Below, piece after piece: positions 10,799 through 20,026 of a stretch of 64,000 bases of DNA. Under the pieces are notes generated by a model. It worked only from the letters and a program-made list of their open reading frames with translations. It did not search any database and was not told the DNA's origin. The stretch covers positions 373 through 64,372 of the forward strand of contig CALVVG010000001.1 of assembly GCA_944363795.1 (NCBI GenBank). Reading direction: 5' to 3'. The position numbers were made by a program, and so were the translations under genes. The stretch comes from an uncultured Bacilli bacterium (GTDB lineage Bacteria > Bacillota_I > Bacilli_A > RF39 > UBA660). The first letter of the stretch is position 1. Each line of letters begins with the position of its first letter.

Positions 10799-11629
10799 CT
10801 ATTTAGCCTTTCTACTTACAATTAGTCTTTCACTTTTTTTCTTACTTTTACGAGTTTTAACACCAAGCGCAGGTTTACCCCAAGGTGTCATTGGGCTCTT
10901 ACGTCCAATTGGTGCACGACCTTCTCCACCACCATGTGGGTGATCATTTGGATTCATTACAGAACCACGGTTAGTAGGTCTAATACCCATATGACGTTTA
11001 CGTCCAGCTTTTCCTAAATTTACTAATTTATAATCTTCGTTACCTACAACACCAATTGTTGCTACACAATTTCCAAGTATTAATCTTGTTTCACCAGATT
11101 GCAAACGTACCATTACATATTTTCCTTCACGGCCTAAAATTTGAGCACTTGTACCTGCACTACGGCAAATTTCTGCACCTTTTCCAGGTTGAAGTTCAAT
11201 GCAGTGAATAGTTGTTCCAACAGGAATGTTTTTTAATGGTAAAGAATTACCAACTTTAATATCAGCGCCTTCACCATTTTCTATAATCGCACCAACTTTT
11301 AGCCCATTTGGAGCAATTATATATCTTTTTTCTCCATCTTTATAATTAATTAAAGCAATATTTGCAGTTCTGTTTGGATCATATTCAATAGATACTACAC
11401 GACCAGTAATTCCAATTTTATTTCTCTTGTAATCAATTAAACGATATTTTCTCTTTGCTCCTCCACCGATATGGCGAACAGTCATTTTTCCTTGATTATT
11501 TCTACCACCAGTTTTACTTTTTGTTCTAAGTAATGATTTAGTAGGAGTAGATTTTGTAAGTTCTTCATTTACAAGGGTACTCATTCCTCGACGTCCATTT
11601 GTCGTAGGTTTATAATGTTTTATTGCCAT
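10799..11629 (-). CDS. rplB: 50S ribosomal protein L2
   Basis: A 276-aa ORF starting [14 protein letters not shown]. Confidence 0.9.
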   Translation of the reverse strand: MAIKHYKPTTNGRRGMSTLVNEELTKSTPTKSLLRTKSKTGGRNNQGKMTVRHIGGGAKRKYRLIDYKRNKIGITGRVVSIEYDPNRTANIALINYKDGEKRYIIAPNGLKVGAIIENGEGADIKVGNSLPLKNIPVGTTIHCIELQPGKGAEICRSAGTSAQILGREGKYVMVRLQSGETRLILGNCVATIGVVGNEDYKLVNLGKAGRKRHMGIRPTNRGSVMNPNDHPHGGGEGRAPIGRKSPMTPWGKPALGVKTRKSKKKSERLIVSRKAK

Positions 11630-11642
11630 GTTATCCTCCTCA

Positions 11643-11918
11643 CTAAATATCTATTGAAGAACCATTAGCTAAAGTAATAATAGCCTTTTTATAAGTTTTA
11701 GTTCTTCCAGAGTATCTTCCAACTCTTCTTCTTTTAGATTTTGTATTTAATGTATTTACACTTTTTACACTGACTTTAAACGCTTCTTCTATTGCTTTTT
11801 TTATTTCGGTCTTAGTAGCATCTTTTATTACTTTAAATGTATATACATTATTTTGTTTATTAGCCATTGATTTTTCAGTAATGACTGGTGCAATAATGAT
11901 ATCTGAATAATGTCTCAT
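11643..11918 (-). CDS. rplW: 50S ribosomal protein L23
   Basis: A 91-aa ORF in operon order. Confidence 0.85.
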   Translation of the reverse strand: MRHYSDIIIAPVITEKSMANKQNNVYTFKVIKDATKTEIKKAIEEAFKVSVKSVNTLNTKSKRRRVGRYSGRTKTYKKAIITLANGSSIDI

Positions 11919-12541
11919 TATTTAAGCACCTCCTCTATTTTTTTAATCGCTTCTTCATCGCACACTAGAATATCAGCATTAATTACATCGTAGCAATTTA
12001 CTTCATCAGCATAAATTACCAAAACATTTGGTAGATTTCTAGTAGCTAAATATAAATTTTCAGCATCATCGCTAGTTACAAATAATATTTTATTATCTAA
12101 ATTTAAAGATTTTAACATTTTTAATACATCTTTAGTTTTATTAGATTCTAAATTAAAATTATCAACTACAACTAATTCTTTAGCAACATTTTTTAATGTT
12201 AAAGCACTTTTTATAGCTAATACTCTTTCCTTTTTATTAATTTTAAAGGAATAATCTCTTGGATTTACTCCAAATGGGATTCCGCCTCCACGCCATTGTG
12301 TAGCACGGATACTACCTTGACGAGCACGTCCAGTACCTTTTTGTTTCCAAGGTTTTCTACCTCCACCTGATACTTCACTTCTATTTTTTGTTTTTCTAGT
12401 TCCTTGACGAGTTGCATCAAGTTGTAAACGAATCATCTTTTTTAAAGCATCATTGTTAACTTCAATATTCCATACGCCATCTTTTAATGTTAAATCATGA
12501 ACTTTTTCTCCATTAAGATTTTTAACACTTATTTTTGTCAT
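11918..12541 (-). CDS. rplD: 50S ribosomal protein L4
   Basis: A 207-aa ORF in operon order. Confidence 0.85.
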   Translation of the reverse strand: MTKISVKNLNGEKVHDLTLKDGVWNIEVNNDALKKMIRLQLDATRQGTRKTKNRSEVSGGGRKPWKQKGTGRARQGSIRATQWRGGGIPFGVNPRDYSFKINKKERVLAIKSALTLKNVAKELVVVDNFNLESNKTKDVLKMLKSLNLDNKILFVTSDDAENLYLATRNLPNVLVIYADEVNCYDVINADILVCDEEAIKKIEEVLK

Positions 12542-12566
12542 TTTTAATCCTTTCTAAAGTAAATAA

Positions 12567-13349
12567 TTATTTACTTTCTTCTTGTCCTTCTGCAGCAACT
12601 GATGCATTTTCAGTTTCCAAATTGTTATTTTCTTCTTGCGTTTCTTGAGAGTTTGCAGGTTCTTCAACTACTTCATCTACAACACTTTCAGATTCATACA
12701 CAAGAATTTCTTTTGGATCTTCTTTACGAGAATTTTTTACTGCATTTTTTATTAACACTAAAGAATTTTTAGCTCCTGGAATATTTCCACTTATTAAAAT
12801 ATAGTTTTCATTTTCGTTTACTTCAATAATTTCTAAGTTTTGAATAGTAACCGTTTCAACACCCATGTGTCCAGCTAACTTTTTACCTTTCAAAACTCTT
12901 TTTGGTAACATTGTTCCTAATGAACCTGGGCCTCTATGATAATGTGAACCATGTCCCATAGGTCCGCGAGATTGGTTATGTCTTTTAATAACACCTTGAA
13001 AACCTTTCCCCTTACTAGTTCCTGTTACATCAACTATTTCTCCCACTTCAAATATTGAAGCTTTAATAGTATCGCCAATATTATATTCTGCATCTACATC
13101 TCTTATTTCTTTTAAGAAGCGCTTAGGTGTTGTATTGGCTTTTTTAGCATTTCCCATTTCTGGTTTATTTGCACTTTTTTCTTTTTTTTCAAATACGCCT
13201 AGTTGGATTCCATTATACCCATTTTTTTCAACAGTTTTGACTTGCATTACCACATTTGGTTCAACTTCTACTACCGTCACAGGGATAAGTTTACCTTCCT
13301 TGGTAAACACTTGAGTCATTCCAACTTTGCGCCCTAAGATTCCTTTCAT
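12567..13349 (-). CDS. rplC: 50S ribosomal protein L3 with an acidic C-terminal extension of about 50 aa
   Basis: A canonical L3 core ([15 protein letters not shown]...) followed by an E/Q/N-rich tail (...[32 protein letters not shown]). Confidence 0.85.
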   Translation of the reverse strand: MKGILGRKVGMTQVFTKEGKLIPVTVVEVEPNVVMQVKTVEKNGYNGIQLGVFEKKEKSANKPEMGNAKKANTTPKRFLKEIRDVDAEYNIGDTIKASIFEVGEIVDVTGTSKGKGFQGVIKRHNQSRGPMGHGSHYHRGPGSLGTMLPKRVLKGKKLAGHMGVETVTIQNLEIIEVNENENYILISGNIPGAKNSLVLIKNAVKNSRKEDPKEILVYESESVVDEVVEEPANSQETQEENNNLETENASVAAEGQEESK

Positions 13350-13368
13350 AATTTAATTCCTTTCCTTA

Positions 13369-13683
13369 TTATAGTTTTACATTTACATTAACACCACTTG
13401 GTAAATCTAAATGAGTCAATGCATCAATTGTTTCTTTGCTAGGATTTTTAATATCTATTAATCTTTTATGAGTTCTTCTCTCAAATTGTTCTCTAGCATC
13501 TTTATATTTGTGTACTGCTCTTAATACTGTAACTTTTTCAATTTCTGTTGGTAGGGGAACAGGTCCAGAAATTTCACCACCAGTTCTTTTAACAGTTTCC
13601 ACAATTTTCCCAGCTGCAATATCTAATAATCGATGATCGTAAGCTTTCAAATTGATTCTCACTTTTGTACTTGACACTTTCAT
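13369..13683 (-). CDS. rpsJ: 30S ribosomal protein S10 (start trimmed to [17 protein letters not shown], 104 aa)
   Basis: The S10 N-terminus IRIRLKAFDH is matched from the internal Met, and a GGAGGA RBS sits immediately upstream. The track ORF start lies inside the leader. Confidence 0.85.
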   Translation of the reverse strand: MKVSSTKVRINLKAYDHRLLDIAAGKIVETVKRTGGEISGPVPLPTEIEKVTVLRAVHKYKDAREQFERRTHKRLIDIKNPSKETIDALTHLDLPSGVNVNVKL

Positions 13684-13850
13684 GTCCTCCTTTCGCCTAT
13701 ATCTAGTATAGACATACTCCGCACAAGTTCTCTGACTCATCTTTACTACCAACCTGTCCTAGTGTATCAGTAACCTTGCACATCAACGCAGTCATACGTG
13801 TTTAATTATAACATTACACTATATGAAAATGCAATAAAAAAATGCTTATT
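13684..13850 (-). promoter_or_regulatory. S10-operon 5' leader: a locally GC-rich, presumably structured untranslated region upstream of rpsJ
   Basis: A stretch of about 165 nt between the gpmI stop and the rpsJ RBS is markedly more GC-rich than the surrounding sequence. This is consistent with an autoregulatory leader structure. Confidence 0.4.
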
Positions 13851-13908
13851 TTTGCATTTTTCTTTATATTTCGATTAAAAAATCTAAATTTTTACCCTTT
13901 AATATGTT

Positions 13909-15417
13909 TTATTCTTCCATTATTAAAGAATTAGTATTATTCATTTCTTCAGGTATAGATATATCCATATAATCAAGAATTGTTGGAGCAACATTTACTA
14001 AGGATCCATTTTGAACTAATTTGATTTTATCATCGCAAATAATAAAAGGGACTTTACTATTTGTATGAGTTGTACAAATACTTCCATCTTCATTTAGCAT
14101 TTTTTCAGCATTTCCATGATCAGACAAAATAATGATTTTATAAAAATTTTCTTCTGCTTTTTCAATTATTTTTCCTAAACAAATATCTAAAGCCATGCAA
14201 GCTTTAATTGTTGCATCCAAATTACCAGTATGTCCTACCATATCAGGATTGGCAAAATTAGCTAATATAAAATCATAATCATTATTCATAGCATTAACTA
14301 TTTTTTTTGTGACTTCAACGCAATTCATTTCTGGCTTTAAATCATAAGTTGCTACATTAGGAGATGGAACATTAATTTTATCACATTTTTCAATTTTTCC
14401 ATCGTATCCTCCGTCAAAAAAGTATGTCACATGAGGATATTTTTCGCTTTCTGCTATTCTAGCTTGGGTAAATTCTAATTCACTTAAATACACGCCTAAA
14501 GTATGAGTAATTTCCGGTGGTTCAATTAAATTCAATGTCTTTATTTTTTTATCTATTGGTAAAAAAGTAAATACTAATGTATCGCTCAAATCTTTAACAG
14601 CAAAGTTACTAAAAGAATTGCAATTAACAATTGCATTAAGTATTTGTTTAGAACGATCAGCTCTATAATTCATCCAAATTATTACATCACCATTTTTAAT
14701 TAAATTTTTAGAAGCAATAATAGGTTTTATAAATTCATCAGTAATACCACTACCATAGCAAGAAGTAATAGATCTTTCTAAATCAAGTGCCCCTCTGCCA
14801 ATACCATTAACAATCAAATCATAATATATTTTAACTCTATCCCAATGTTGATCTCTATCCATAGCATAATATCTTCCACAAACTGATGTTATATCTCCAA
14901 TATTATTTTTTTTAATTAAATTTTGAATAATAGATATATATTTATATGCCGATTTTACATCAGTATCACGCCCATCTGTAATTAAATGAAAATGAATTTT
15001 TGTAAAATTATTATTTATTAAAAATTGATACATATTTATAAAATCATCTATTCCTGCATGAATATTACCATCACTACATAGTCCTAATATGTGAATATCT
15101 TTATCTACGCAAGATAAGAGCTTATTAATATTTTTACTTTCTGAAGGTATATTAGCAAAAAATTCATTAACTAAAACTTCTGGTTGTTTAACAATTCTTC
15201 CAGCACCAATTGTTAAATGACCTACTTCACTATTCCCCATTTGACCATGGTTTAAACCAACAGCTTCCTCTGAAGCATTTAATAAAGCATGCGGATATTT
15301 TTGCCACAAATTTTCAAAATTATTCATTTTTGATAACTTTACAGCATTCCCTTTTTCCTCATCTCGAATACCAAATCCATCAAAAATAATTGTTAATATT
15401 TTTTTCAACATATTCAC
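13909..15417 (-). CDS. gpmI: 2,3-bisphosphoglycerate-independent phosphoglycerate mutase
   Basis: A 502-aa ORF with iPGM metal-binding motifs (the DGRDT..., SDHGN patterns). Confidence 0.9.
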   Translation of the reverse strand: MNMLKKILTIIFDGFGIRDEEKGNAVKLSKMNNFENLWQKYPHALLNASEEAVGLNHGQMGNSEVGHLTIGAGRIVKQPEVLVNEFFANIPSESKNINKLLSCVDKDIHILGLCSDGNIHAGIDDFINMYQFLINNNFTKIHFHLITDGRDTDVKSAYKYISIIQNLIKKNNIGDITSVCGRYYAMDRDQHWDRVKIYYDLIVNGIGRGALDLERSITSCYGSGITDEFIKPIIASKNLIKNGDVIIWMNYRADRSKQILNAIVNCNSFSNFAVKDLSDTLVFTFLPIDKKIKTLNLIEPPEITHTLGVYLSELEFTQARIAESEKYPHVTYFFDGGYDGKIEKCDKINVPSPNVATYDLKPEMNCVEVTKKIVNAMNNDYDFILANFANPDMVGHTGNLDATIKACMALDICLGKIIEKAEENFYKIIILSDHGNAEKMLNEDGSICTTHTNSKVPFIICDDKIKLVQNGSLVNVAPTILDYMDISIPEEMNNTNSLIMEE

Positions 15418-15445
15418 CTTCTTTTTTATGATATCATAATTTTAT

Positions 15446-15470
15446 TCACAAAAAAAGACTTATCAGTCTT
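15446..15470 (-). terminator. Rho-independent terminator downstream of spo0A
   Basis: The hairpin AAGACUgauaAGUCUU is followed by a U7 run on the minus strand, directly 3' of the spo0A stop. Confidence 0.5.
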
Positions 15471-15472
15471 CA

Positions 15473-16237
15473 TTACCCAATATATTCTTTACGTTTTAAT
15501 TTAACACGATCTGCGATAGTAGTTAAAAATTCCGAATTGGTTGGTCTACTTCTTTCAAAATCTACACTATTACCAAATATTTGTTCCATAAGTTTTATAT
15601 CTCCTCTAATCCAACTTATTTCAATGGCATGTCTTATAGCTCTTTCTACTCTAGTTGCAGTTGTTTGATATCTGCTAGCTATTTCTGGATATATTTCTTT
15701 GGTAATTAATTGCATTGCTTCATCACCAGTATACAATAACATTATTCCTTCTCTAATATATCTATAACCTTTAACATGACTAGGTATTCCTAAATCATGT
15801 AATAAGGTACTAACTTCTATTTCTACACTTAAACTATTATCTCTTTTTATTTCTAATTTATCTTTAAATAGTTCTTCAATCCTACTTTCTAATACTTCCA
15901 TTTCCACAGGTTTTAATAAATAATATTCTGCTTTCAATTTTTGAATTTTCTTTATAGTATAATCATCTTTAAAACTTGATAATACTATTACTTTTTTATT
16001 TATATTAGAATTTCTCATTTCTTCTAATATTTTTATTCCATCAATTCTCGGCAATAAAATATCTAATAATACTAGATCATACTCTTCGCTTTGACTTTTT
16101 AAATAATCTAAACCTTCTTTGCCATCTTTAAAAGTTCCTACTACTTCTATATTTCCGCTTTCTTTAAAATATTTCTTTACACTGCTTAATACTGCTTCAT
16201 TATCATCTATCATGATAACTCTTATTGTTTTATTCAT
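15473..16237 (-). CDS. spo0A: sporulation master regulator Spo0A (start likely at the internal MNKTIRVIMIDDN)
   Basis: A REC domain joined to the Spo0A-specific C-terminal domain: TTATRVERAIRHAIEISWIRG and RPTNSEFLTTIADRVKLK match the Spo0A DNA-binding domain signature. Confidence 0.9.
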   Translation of the reverse strand: MNKTIRVIMIDDNEAVLSSVKKYFKESGNIEVVGTFKDGKEGLDYLKSQSEEYDLVLLDILLPRIDGIKILEEMRNSNINKKVIVLSSFKDDYTIKKIQKLKAEYYLLKPVEMEVLESRIEELFKDKLEIKRDNSLSVEIEVSTLLHDLGIPSHVKGYRYIREGIMLLYTGDEAMQLITKEIYPEIASRYQTTATRVERAIRHAIEISWIRGDIKLMEQIFGNSVDFERSRPTNSEFLTTIADRVKLKRKEYIG

Positions 16238-16364
16238 TTTGTTCCTTTCCTTATTAAATATTTTAATGCTGCACATGTCTTCATTATAAATGACAATCCA
16301 ACAAATTACTACAAAATCTTTTGTCGAGTTATGTAAATGCCTGTAAATAATTGTCTAATAAAGA

Positions 16365-17090
16365 CTACTTTACTATTTCTAAAAGTATTTCTTTTACCTG
16401 ATTTATATTTAACGAGGAACTTCCAATTAAAAAACCATCTAAATTTTTAATACTATTTATACTTTCGATATTATCTTTATTAATGCTACCTCCATATAAT
16501 ACTAAAAAATTAGTATCATATTTTTCTTCTACAATATCTTTTATAAATTGAATAGTTTCTTTAATTTCCTTTATTTCTGGGGTAACACCTGTTCCTATAG
16601 CCCAAACAGGTTCATATGCTATTATGATATTTTTTAATTCAACATTATTTAATACTTCACTTATTTGTTTTTCAAGTACCATATAAGTATTGCCATTTTC
16701 TTTATCATTTAAAGTTTCTCCTATACAATAAATTATATTAATTTCATTTTCTATTGCATTATTAATTTTATTAATAAAGTCAATATTGATTTCATTTTTA
16801 TAAATCCTTCTTTCGCTATGTCCTACTAATACATAATTTACTCCTATGCTTTTAAGTTGCTCACCGGTTACTTCGCCAGTAATAGTTTTATCTATAAAAG
16901 ATGTAATATCTTGTGCACCTAATTCATAATTTGAGCCATCAAAATAAGCTAAAAACGGCAAAGAAGGTATTAATACCAATTTAACCTTTTTAGCTTCTAT
17001 TTCGTTTATCTGATTTTTATATTTTATAATCTCTTCTTTTACAAATTTATTTTTAAAATTACAAACTAAATACTTCATAACTCCATCCAT
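16365..17090 (-). CDS. tpiA: triosephosphate isomerase
   Basis: A 241-aa ORF with the TIM motifs (GHSERR, AYEPVWAIGTG). The start is either the first Met or MKYLV, the latter forming an ATGA overlap with the pgk stop. Confidence 0.9.
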   Translation of the reverse strand: MDGVMKYLVCNFKNKFVKEEIIKYKNQINEIEAKKVKLVLIPSLPFLAYFDGSNYELGAQDITSFIDKTITGEVTGEQLKSIGVNYVLVGHSERRIYKNEINIDFINKINNAIENEINIIYCIGETLNDKENGNTYMVLEKQISEVLNNVELKNIIIAYEPVWAIGTGVTPEIKEIKETIQFIKDIVEEKYDTNFLVLYGGSINKDNIESINSIKNLDGFLIGSSSLNINQVKEILLEIVK

Positions 17091-18202
17091 TCCAAAGCTG
17101 CTAATTTTCCATCTGTAATATATTCTAAAGTTGCTCCACCACCGCTTGATACAAATGCAAAATCATCTATGTAACCAAATTTTTTTACTGCAGATGCAGT
17201 ATCACCACCACCAACAATCACTTTTTTATTACTATTTTTTAAAATCTTAAATAATCCACTTGTTCCTTCAGTAAATCTTTCATCTTCAAATTTGCCACAA
17301 GTTCCATTAACAAATATTATTTCACTATTATCTATATATTTTTTATATAAATCTAAACTTTTGCTACCAATATCATATATGATTCCATCATCTAATGTAA
17401 AATCTATTGGTAATATTATTTTTCCTTTATATTTATCCATTAAATTTTTCAGTTCAGCAAGTATACCTTCATCATTTGTTGCAATGCTATTACCAACATC
17501 TGCTCCCTTTGCTTTTAAAAATGAATTAGCAATTCCACCACCAGTTAGCAAGAAATCACATCTATTGAGCAAAGATTTAATAATAGGTAATTTATCATCC
17601 ACTTTTGCGCCTCCCATAAAAACGCAAAATGGATGAGGTGTATTTTTTACTAAAATACTTAAATTCTTTAATTCTTCTTCTATTAAAAAACCTATACAAT
17701 GAGGGATAAATTTAGCTATACCAGCCGTTGATGCATGAGCACGATGCACTGATCCAAATGCATCATTAACAAATATGTCTCCCAAACTTGCCCAAAATTT
17801 TGCAAGATCTAAATTATTTCCACTTTCTAACTTTTCGGGATAGTCCATAATTCTTGTATTTTCAAGTAAAATAATATCACCTTTGTTACATGAATCAACA
17901 AACTCTTTGACTTTTTCTCCAGTACATTTATCTACAAATTTGACTTCTCTTTCAAGTAAATTACTAAGTTCTTGCCCCACATACTTTAAGGTTTTCTTTT
18001 GTTTATCTTCTTCACTTTTAACTCTACCTAAATGACTCAATATAACTATCTTGCAATTATTATTTAACAAATATCTTAAAGTTGGAATACTTTTTTTTAT
18101 TTTAGAGTTATCTTTAATTATATTGCCTTCCATTGGTACATTATAATCACATCTTAATATTATATTTTTATTTTTAATGTCTAATTCATTTATTTTTTTC
18201 AT
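17075..18202 (-). CDS. pgk: phosphoglycerate kinase
   Basis: A 375-aa ORF with a PGK N-terminus (RCDYNVPM) and typical glycine-rich motifs. Confidence 0.9.
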   Translation of the reverse strand: MKKINELDIKNKNIILRCDYNVPMEGNIIKDNSKIKKSIPTLRYLLNNNCKIVILSHLGRVKSEEDKQKKTLKYVGQELSNLLEREVKFVDKCTGEKVKEFVDSCNKGDIILLENTRIMDYPEKLESGNNLDLAKFWASLGDIFVNDAFGSVHRAHASTAGIAKFIPHCIGFLIEEELKNLSILVKNTPHPFCVFMGGAKVDDKLPIIKSLLNRCDFLLTGGGIANSFLKAKGADVGNSIATNDEGILAELKNLMDKYKGKIILPIDFTLDDGIIYDIGSKSLDLYKKYIDNSEIIFVNGTCGKFEDERFTEGTSGLFKILKNSNKKVIVGGGDTASAVKKFGYIDDFAFVSSGGGATLEYITDGKLAALEWMEL

Positions 18203-18249
18203 ATTTTTCCTTTCATAACGAAAATAAAAATACTATTGTATTATTTATT

Positions 18250-18912
18250 TTACATAGCATTTTTTTGCATAATAATATTCGCATTCATAGATTTATTTGT
18301 ATTTGCCTGTTGATCACTATCTAAATTAATAAAGGATACAGTAAATTGCCATTGTTGTGTAGTAGCTGAAGTACTATTTGCTGTTATTTGGTAATTTGAT
18401 GCAATAGCAAATACACCATTAGCAGTTGTAATATCAAAGCCACTAACTGTTTGTTGTGTACCACCAGTAGTTGTTGTAGTTATATTTTCTTTATATGTAA
18501 GTCCAGACACTGAAGTAACTTTAGCTCCTGTTGGATCAGTTATAGTTAAAAGTATTTCCGGTTTAGAATCAGAGGTTGTATAGACAAATTCATTTGAATT
18601 AATACTAAAATAAACATAATACCCATACGTTGCAGTGTTAGTACTATTATTAGCTAATAATCTTACAGTACCAGTAGCATTACTTGTTAAATTTCCTGCA
18701 CCAATACCAAAATTAAATTGATTAATATTTAAATTAATTTCATTATTAATATCGAAAGTTAAACTATCAGTTGTATTAGATGATATATTTAGATTTTGTT
18801 GCGTACTATTCATTAATTGTGCTTGAAAAAAAGCATAAGTTACTGTAGACACTAAAACAATTAATATTGCTACAACTATTATTGTTATTTCAATTTTTTT
18901 TCTTTGTTCCAT
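18250..18912 (-). CDS. hypothetical membrane-anchored protein, N/T/S-rich and predicted beta-rich ectodomain, no recognisable family
   Basis: A 220-aa ORF with an N-terminal KK-then-hydrophobic signal anchor. A sigmaA-like promoter (TTGAAT-17-TAAAAT) and an RBS lie upstream, following the gap terminator. Confidence 0.5.
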   Translation of the reverse strand: MEQRKKIEITIIVVAILIVLVSTVTYAFFQAQLMNSTQQNLNISSNTTDSLTFDINNEINLNINQFNFGIGAGNLTSNATGTVRLLANNSTNTATYGYYVYFSINSNEFVYTTSDSKPEILLTITDPTGAKVTSVSGLTYKENITTTTTGGTQQTVSGFDITTANGVFAIASNYQITANSTSATTQQWQFTVSFINLDSDQQANTNKSMNANIIMQKNAM

Positions 18913-18989
18913 ACTTATCTATCCTTACTATTTAAATTTTAACATGATTAAATATTTTATTCAAGTATATATTAAACTAGTTGTATGTA

Positions 18990-19024
18990 AATTAAAAAAT
19001 TGTAAACATTTTTATTTACAATTT
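18990..19024 (-). terminator. Rho-independent terminator downstream of gap
   Basis: The hairpin AAUUGUAAAuaaaaaugUUUACAAUU plus a U-run lies immediately 3' of the gap stop on the minus strand. Confidence 0.5.
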
Positions 19025-20026
19025 TTATTCAAACATTTTTTTTGCCGTCCTAAGCATTTGAGCTGTATATCCATATTCATTATCATACCAAGCAACAATT
19101 TTAACTAACTGAGTATCATTAGATTCTACTATACTTGTTGATAATCCATCAACAACTGCCCCATACTTTTTTCCTAAAATATCACTAGAAACTATTGGGT
19201 CCATAGTAATCATAATTGTTTCATTTTGATTATCCATAAATAACTTGGTAATTTCTTCAATACTTGTTTTTTTGTTCAACTCTAATGTAACATCAATTAA
19301 TGAACCATCAGCTACCGGTATTCTATAAGCAATTCCATCCAATTTATTTAATAGTTCCGGAATAACTAAACTTATTGCTTTTGCTGCTCCTGTAGATGCC
19401 GGAACAATATTTTGAGCACAAGCACGTCCACGTCTAGCTTTAATGCCCTTTTTATGAGCTATATCCAAAGTAGCTTGATCATTTGTATATGCATGAACTG
19501 TACTCATAAATCCTTTTTTTATCCCTATATTATCGTTAATAATTTTTAATACTGGTGCTAAACAATTTGTTGTACAACTGGCTGCTGAAACTATTTTATC
19601 GTCATTAGTTAATATATCATCATTAACATTATATACAATTGTTTTCATTAATCCTTTACCAGGAGCAGATATAAGTACTTTTTTGGCTCCTGCATCTAAA
19701 TGCTTTTTAGCATCTTCATAAGCCGTAAATTTTCCAGTACATTCTAATACTAAATCAACATTCAAATCTTTCCAAGGTAATTTTTCTGGATCTTTTTCAC
19801 AATAAACTTTAATGTGTTTACCAGCAACAACTAAATCATTACCTTCAAAATCTATTTCATTTTCATGAAAAGAACGATGAACAGTATCATACTTAACCAA
19901 ATATGCTAAATCCTCTGCACTTGTTAAATCATTGATAGCTACAATATCAAAATCCGTTTGTGTAACTATTTGCCTAAAAGCTAATCTCCCTATTCTACCA
20001 AAACCATTAATTGCAACTTTAATCAT
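19025..20026 (-). CDS. gap: glyceraldehyde-3-phosphate dehydrogenase
   Basis: A 333-aa ORF with NGFGRIGR Rossmann and ASCTTNC catalytic motifs. Confidence 0.9.
   Translation of the reverse strand: MIKVAINGFGRIGRLAFRQIVTQTDFDIVAINDLTSAEDLAYLVKYDTVHRSFHENEIDFEGNDLVVAGKHIKVYCEKDPEKLPWKDLNVDLVLECTGKFTAYEDAKKHLDAGAKKVLISAPGKGLMKTIVYNVNDDILTNDDKIVSAASCTTNCLAPVLKIINDNIGIKKGFMSTVHAYTNDQATLDIAHKKGIKARRGRACAQNIVPASTGAAKAISLVIPELLNKLDGIAYRIPVADGSLIDVTLELNKKTSIEEITKLFMDNQNETIMITMDPIVSSDILGKKYGAVVDGLSTSIVESNDTQLVKIVAWYDNEYGYTAQMLRTAKKMFE

Noticed and set aside
18250-18912. Type IV pilin/pseudopilin interpretation of the 220-aa protein's N-terminus
   Set aside because: There is no G/A at -1 and no Glu at +5 relative to the hydrophobic segment. 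The class III signal peptide signature is absent.
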